NCBI RefSeq assembly: GCF_009914755.1
Contig: NC_060933.1
Source of the DNA: the human T2T-CHM13v2.0 reference genome, Homo sapiens
Direction: 5' to 3' (one strand)
Length of the DNA stretch: 64,000 bases
The notes under the pieces are model-generated. The model saw nothing but the letters and a program-made list of their open reading frames with translations, did not search any database and was not told the origin of the DNA. Positions 59,421 to 64,000 of this stretch are shown here, piece after piece. Every line of letters begins with the position of its first letter. Position 1 is the stretch's first letter. Both the position numbers and the translations under genes were made by a program.

Positions 59421-62400
59421 TGGAATGGAATGGAATGGAACGGAACGGAATGGAATGGAATGGAATGGAATGGAATGGAATGGAACGGAACGGAACGGAA
59501 TGGAATGGAATGGAATGGAATGGAATGGAATGGAATCAACGCGAGTGCAGGGGAATGGAATGGAATGCAATGCAATGGAATGGAATCTTCCGGAATGGAA
59601 TGGAATGGAATGCAATGGAATGGAATTAACCCGAATAGAATGGAATGGAATGGAATGGAACGGAATGGAACGGAACGGAATGGAATGGAATGGAATGGAA
59701 TGGAATGGAATGGAATGGTATGGAAAGGAATGGAATGGTACGGAATAGAATGGAATGGAACGAATTGTAATGGAATGGAATTGAATGGAATGGAATGGAA
59801 TGGAATGGAATCAACGCGAGTGCAGGGGAATGTAATGGAACGGAATGCAATGGAATGGAATCATCCGGAATGGAATGGAATGGAATGGAATGGAATGGAA
59901 TCAACCCGAGTGCAATGGAATGGAGTGGAATGGAATGGAATGGAATGGAACAACCCGAATGGAATGGAATGTAATGGAGAGTAAGGGAGTTGAATAGAAT
60001 CAATCCGAATGTAATGGAATGGAATGCAACGGAATGGAATGGAACGGAATGCAATGGAATGGAATGGAATGGAATGCAAAGGAATGGAATCAACCCGAGT
60101 GGAATGGCATGGAATGGAATGCAATGGATTGGAATGGAATGGAATCAACTCGAGTGGAAAGGAATGGAATGGAATGGAAAGGAATGGAATGAAGTCAACT
60201 CGAGTGGAATGGAATGGAATGGAAAGGATTGGAATGGATTGCAATGGAATGAAGTGGAATGGAATGGAATGGAATCAATCATTCCGAGTGGAATGGAAGG
60301 GAATGTAATGCAATGGAAAGAAGGGAATGGAATCAACCCGAGTGGAATGCAAGGCAATGGAATGGAATGGAAAGGAATGGAATGGAATCAACTCGATTGC
60401 AATGGAATGGAATGGAATGGAATGGAATGGAATGGAATTAACCAGAATAGAATGGAATGGAATGGAATGGAACGGAATGGAATGGAATGGAAGGGAATGG
60501 AATCAACACGAGTGCAGGGGAATGGAATGGAATGGAATGCAATGGAATGGAATCATCCGTAATGGAATGGAGAGGAATGGAATGGAATGGAATGGAATAG
60601 AATGGAATGGAATGGAATCAACTCGATTGCAGTCGAAAGGAATGGAATGGAATTAACCCGAATAGAATGGAATGGAATGGAATGGAACGGAACGGAACGG
60701 AACGGAACGGAACGGAATGGAATGGAATGGAATGGAATGGAATGGAGCGGAAAGGAATGGAATGGAATGGAATGGAATGGAATGGAATGGAATGGAATAG
60801 AATCAACGCGAGTGCAGGGGAATGGAATGGAATGGAATGCAATGGAATGGAATCTTCCGGAATGGAATGGAATGGAATGGAATGGAAGGGAATGGAACGG
60901 AAAAGAATGGAATGGAATGGAATGGAATGGAATGGAATGGAATGGAATGGAATCAACCCGAGTGCAATGGAATGGAGTGGAATGGAATGGAATGGAATGG
61001 AACAACCCGAATGGAATGTAATGGAGAGTAAGGGAGTTGAATAGAGTCAATCCGAATGTAACGGAAAGGAAAGGAACGGAATGGAATTGAATGGAATGGA
61101 ATGGAATGCAATGGAATGGAATCAACCCGAGTGCAATGGAATGGAGAGGAATGGAATGGAATGGAATGGAAACTACCCGAATGGAATGGAATGTAATGGA
61201 GTGTAAGGGAATTGAATAGAATCAATCCGAATGTAATGGAATGGAATGGAACGGAATGGAATGGAATGGAATGGAATGCAATGGAATGGAATGCAATGGA
61301 ATGGAATCAACCCGAGTGCAATCGAATGGAATCGAATGGAATGGAATGCAATGGAATGGATTCAACTTGAATGGAATGGAAAGAATGGAATCAACACGAG
61401 TGGAAGGGCATGGATTGGAATGCAATGGAATGGAATCAACCCGAGTACAGGGGAATGGAATGGAATGGAATGCAATAGAATGGAATCATCCGTAATGGAA
61501 TGGAAAGGAATGGAATGGAATGGAATGGAATGGAATGGAATTGAATGGAATCAACACGATTGCAATCGAATGGAATGGAATGGAATTAACCCGAATAGAA
61601 TGGAATGGAATGGAATGGAACGGAATGGAACGGAACGGAATGGAATGGAATGGAATGGAATGGAATGGAATGGTATGGTATGGAAAGGAATGGAATGGTA
61701 CGGAATAGAATGGAATGGAACGAATTGTAATGGAATGGAATTGAATGGAATGGAATGGAATGGAATGGAATCAACGCGAGTGCAGGGGAATGTAATGGAA
61801 CGGAATGCAATGGAATGGAATCATCCGGAATGGAATGGAATGGAATGGAATGGAATGGAATCAACCCGAGTGCAATGGAATGGAGTGGAATGGAATGGAA
61901 TGGAATGGAACAACCCGAATGGAATGGAATGTAATGGAGAGTAAGGGAGTTGAATAGAATCAATCCGAATGTAATGGAATGGAACGCAACGGAATGGAAT
62001 GGAATGGAACGGAACGGAATGGAATGGAATGGAATGGAATGGAATGGAATGGAATGGAATCAACGCGAGTGCAGGGGAATGGCATGGAATGGAATACAAT
62101 GGAATGGAATCTTCCGGAATGGAATGGAATGGAATGGAATGGAATGGAATGAAATGCAATGGATTCAACACGATTGCAATGGAATGGAATAGAATGGAAT
62201 GGAATGGAATGGAATGGGATTAACCCGAATAGAATGGAATGGAATGGAATGGAATGGAACGGAATGCAACGGAATGGAATGGAATGGAATGGAATGGAAT
62301 GGTATGGAATGGAATGGAATGGTACGGAATAGAATGGAATGGAACGAATTGTAATGGAATGCAATTGAATGGAATGGAATGGAATCAACGCGAGTGCAGG

Positions 62401-64000
62401 GGAATGTAATGGAATGGAATTGAATGGAATGGAATGGAATGGAATGGAATCAACGCGAGTGCAGGGGAATGTAATGGAACGGAATGCAATGGAATGGAAT
62501 CATCCGGAATGGAATGGAATGGAATGGAATGGAATGGAATCAACCCGAATGCAATGGAATGGAGTGGAATGGAATGGAATGGAATGGAACAACCCGAATG
62601 GAATGGAATGTAATGGAGAGTAAGGGAGTTGAATAGAATCAATCCGAATGTAATGGAATGCAATGCAACGGAATGGAATGGAATGGAATGGTATGGAATG
62701 GAATGGAATGGAATGGTATGCAAAGGAATGGAATCAACCCGAGTGGAATGGCATGGAATGGAATGCAATGGATTGGAATGGAATGGAATCAACTCGAGTG
62801 GAAAGGAATGGAATGGAATGGAAAGGAAAGGAATGAAGTCAACTCGAGTGGAATGGAATGGAATGGAATGGATTGGAATGGATTGCAATGGAATGAAATG
62901 GAATGGAATGGAATGGAATCAATCATGGAAGGGAATGTAATGGAGTGGAAAGAAGGGAATGGAATCAACCCGAGTGGAATGCAAGGCAATGGAATGGAAT
63001 GGAAAGGAATGGAATGGAATCAGCTCGATTGCAATGGAATGGAATGGAATGGAATGGAATGGAATGGAATGGAATTAACCGGAATAGAATGGAATGGAAT
63101 GGAATGGAACGGAATGGAATGGAATGGAAGGGAATGGAATCAACACGAGTGCAGGGAAATGGAATGGAATGGAATGCAATGGAATGGAATCATCCGGAAT
63201 GGAATGGAATGGAATGGAATCAACTCCATTGCAATGGAATGGAATGGAATGGAATGGAATAAAATGGAATGGAATTAACCCGAATAGAATGGAATGCAAT
63301 AGAATGGAATGCAACGGAACCGAATGGAGTGGAATGGAATGGAATGGAATCAACCCGAGTACAGGGGAATGGAATGGAATGGAATGCAATGGAATGGAGT
63401 CATCCGTAGTGGAATGGAATGGAATGAAAGGCAATGGATTCAACTCGATTGCAATGGAATGGAATAGAATGGAATGGAATGGAATGGAATTTAATGGAAT
63501 GGAATGCCTTCAAACCAAATGGAATGGAAAGAATGGAATCAACACTAGTGGAAACGAATGGAATGGAAAGGAATGGAATGGAATGGAATGGTACGGAATA
63601 GAACGGAATGGAACGAACAGGAATGGAATGGAATGGAATGGAATGGAATGGAATGGAATCGTTCCGAGTGGAATAGGAGGGAATGTATTCGAGTGGAATG
63701 GAAAGGAATGGAATCAACTAGAGTGGAATGGAAGGGAATGGAATGGAATGGAAACTAATAGAATGGAATCAACCCGAGTGGAATGGAATGGAAAGGACTG
63801 GAATGGAATGGAATGGAATGGAATGGCATGGAATCAACTCGATTGTAATGGAATGGAATGGAATGGAATGGAATTAACCCGAATACAATGGAATGGAATG
63901 GAATGGAACGGAATGGAGTGGAATGGAATGGAATCAACCCGAGTGCACGGGAATGGAATGGAAAGGAATGCAATGGAATGGAATCATCCGGAATGGAATG

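Larger units (their letters stand above)
33865..62120. promoter_or_regulatory. Cluster 2 of perfect HSE motifs (20 sites) embedded in satellite
   Basis: GAAnnTTCnnGAA sites start at 33865, 34728, 36918, 39604, 40336, 42442, 45114, 46391, 49262, 50974, 52458, 53363, 54221, 55570, 57081, 57446, 58724, 59582, 60849 and 62106. Motif match only. Confidence 0.5.
1..64000 (+). repeat. Satellite III (HSat3-type) array, (GGAAT)n/(CATTC)n with interspersed CAACCCGAGT-family decamers
   Basis: Every line is dominated by GGAAT pentamers. Recurring in-register interruptions include CAACCCGAGT (e.g. 211), CAACTCGATT, TAACCCGAAT, CATCCGGAAT and CAACGCGAGT. The pentamer plus CAACCCGAGT is the established Satellite III signature. 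The GGAAT strand is always +, and the array runs off both window ends. Confidence 0.98.

Noticed and set aside
24-63973. Hundreds of ORFs encoding (MEWNG)n on + and (IPFHS)n on -
   Set aside because: A stop-free pentamer translates to the same 5-residue cycle in all three frames and supplies ATG every 5 bp. The ORFs overlap in all six frames and show no domain, splice or promoter evidence.
1-64000. CRISPR-like alternation of conserved motifs and spacers
   Set aside because: The 'spacers' are GGAAT runs, not unique sequences. There is no constant repeat/spacer length, no leader and no cas gene.
1-64000. HSat2, alpha, beta satellite or telomeric repeat
   Set aside because: There are no HSat2-type CATTCGATTC/GATGAT ~23-26 bp units, no 171-bp or 68-bp monomers and no TTAGGG arrays. 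Long pure GGAAT runs with CAACCCGAGT indicate Satellite III.
1-64000. Regular higher-order repeat such as the ~3.6-kb DYZ1 or ~1.8-kb units
   Set aside because: Landmark motifs are irregularly spaced and no single period persists across the window.
1-64000. Assignment to a specific chromosome, subfamily or species
   Set aside because: This needs a k-mer or database comparison I cannot run. Human or great-ape origin is likely but not provable by eye.
1-64000. Alu/L1/ERV insertion or rDNA fragment
   Set aside because: I saw no non-satellite stretch longer than ~35 bp, no poly(A) tail and no target-site duplication.

Overview
The whole 64-kb window is one uninterrupted, single-orientation array of classical primate Satellite III (human HSat3 type): (GGAAT)n on the + strand and (CATTC)n on the - strand, punctuated by the hallmark decamer CAACCCGAGT and its variants. 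This is typical of pericentromeric or acrocentric-arm constitutive heterochromatin. I saw no gene, RNA gene, transposon, CRISPR array or inversion. All ORFs (MEWNG.../IPFHS...) are artefacts of a stop-free pentamer. The array does have internal organisation: (i) a small vocabulary of interruption motifs joined in fixed-order cassettes, with a recurring ~0.75-0.9 kb unit; (ii) nested duplications from 20 bp to a near-identical ~2.5 kb direct repeat with 3007-bp offset, plus colinear paralogous blocks ~46-50 kb apart; (iii) a distinct sub-domain at ~24.4-30.5 kb; (iv) about 33 perfect three-unit heat-shock elements (GGAATCTTCCGGAAT type) in one cassette slot, which I did not see in two ~10-kb stretches. 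Coordinates were read by eye or taken from ORF-track offsets, so block boundaries are approximate. I found no novel coding system.
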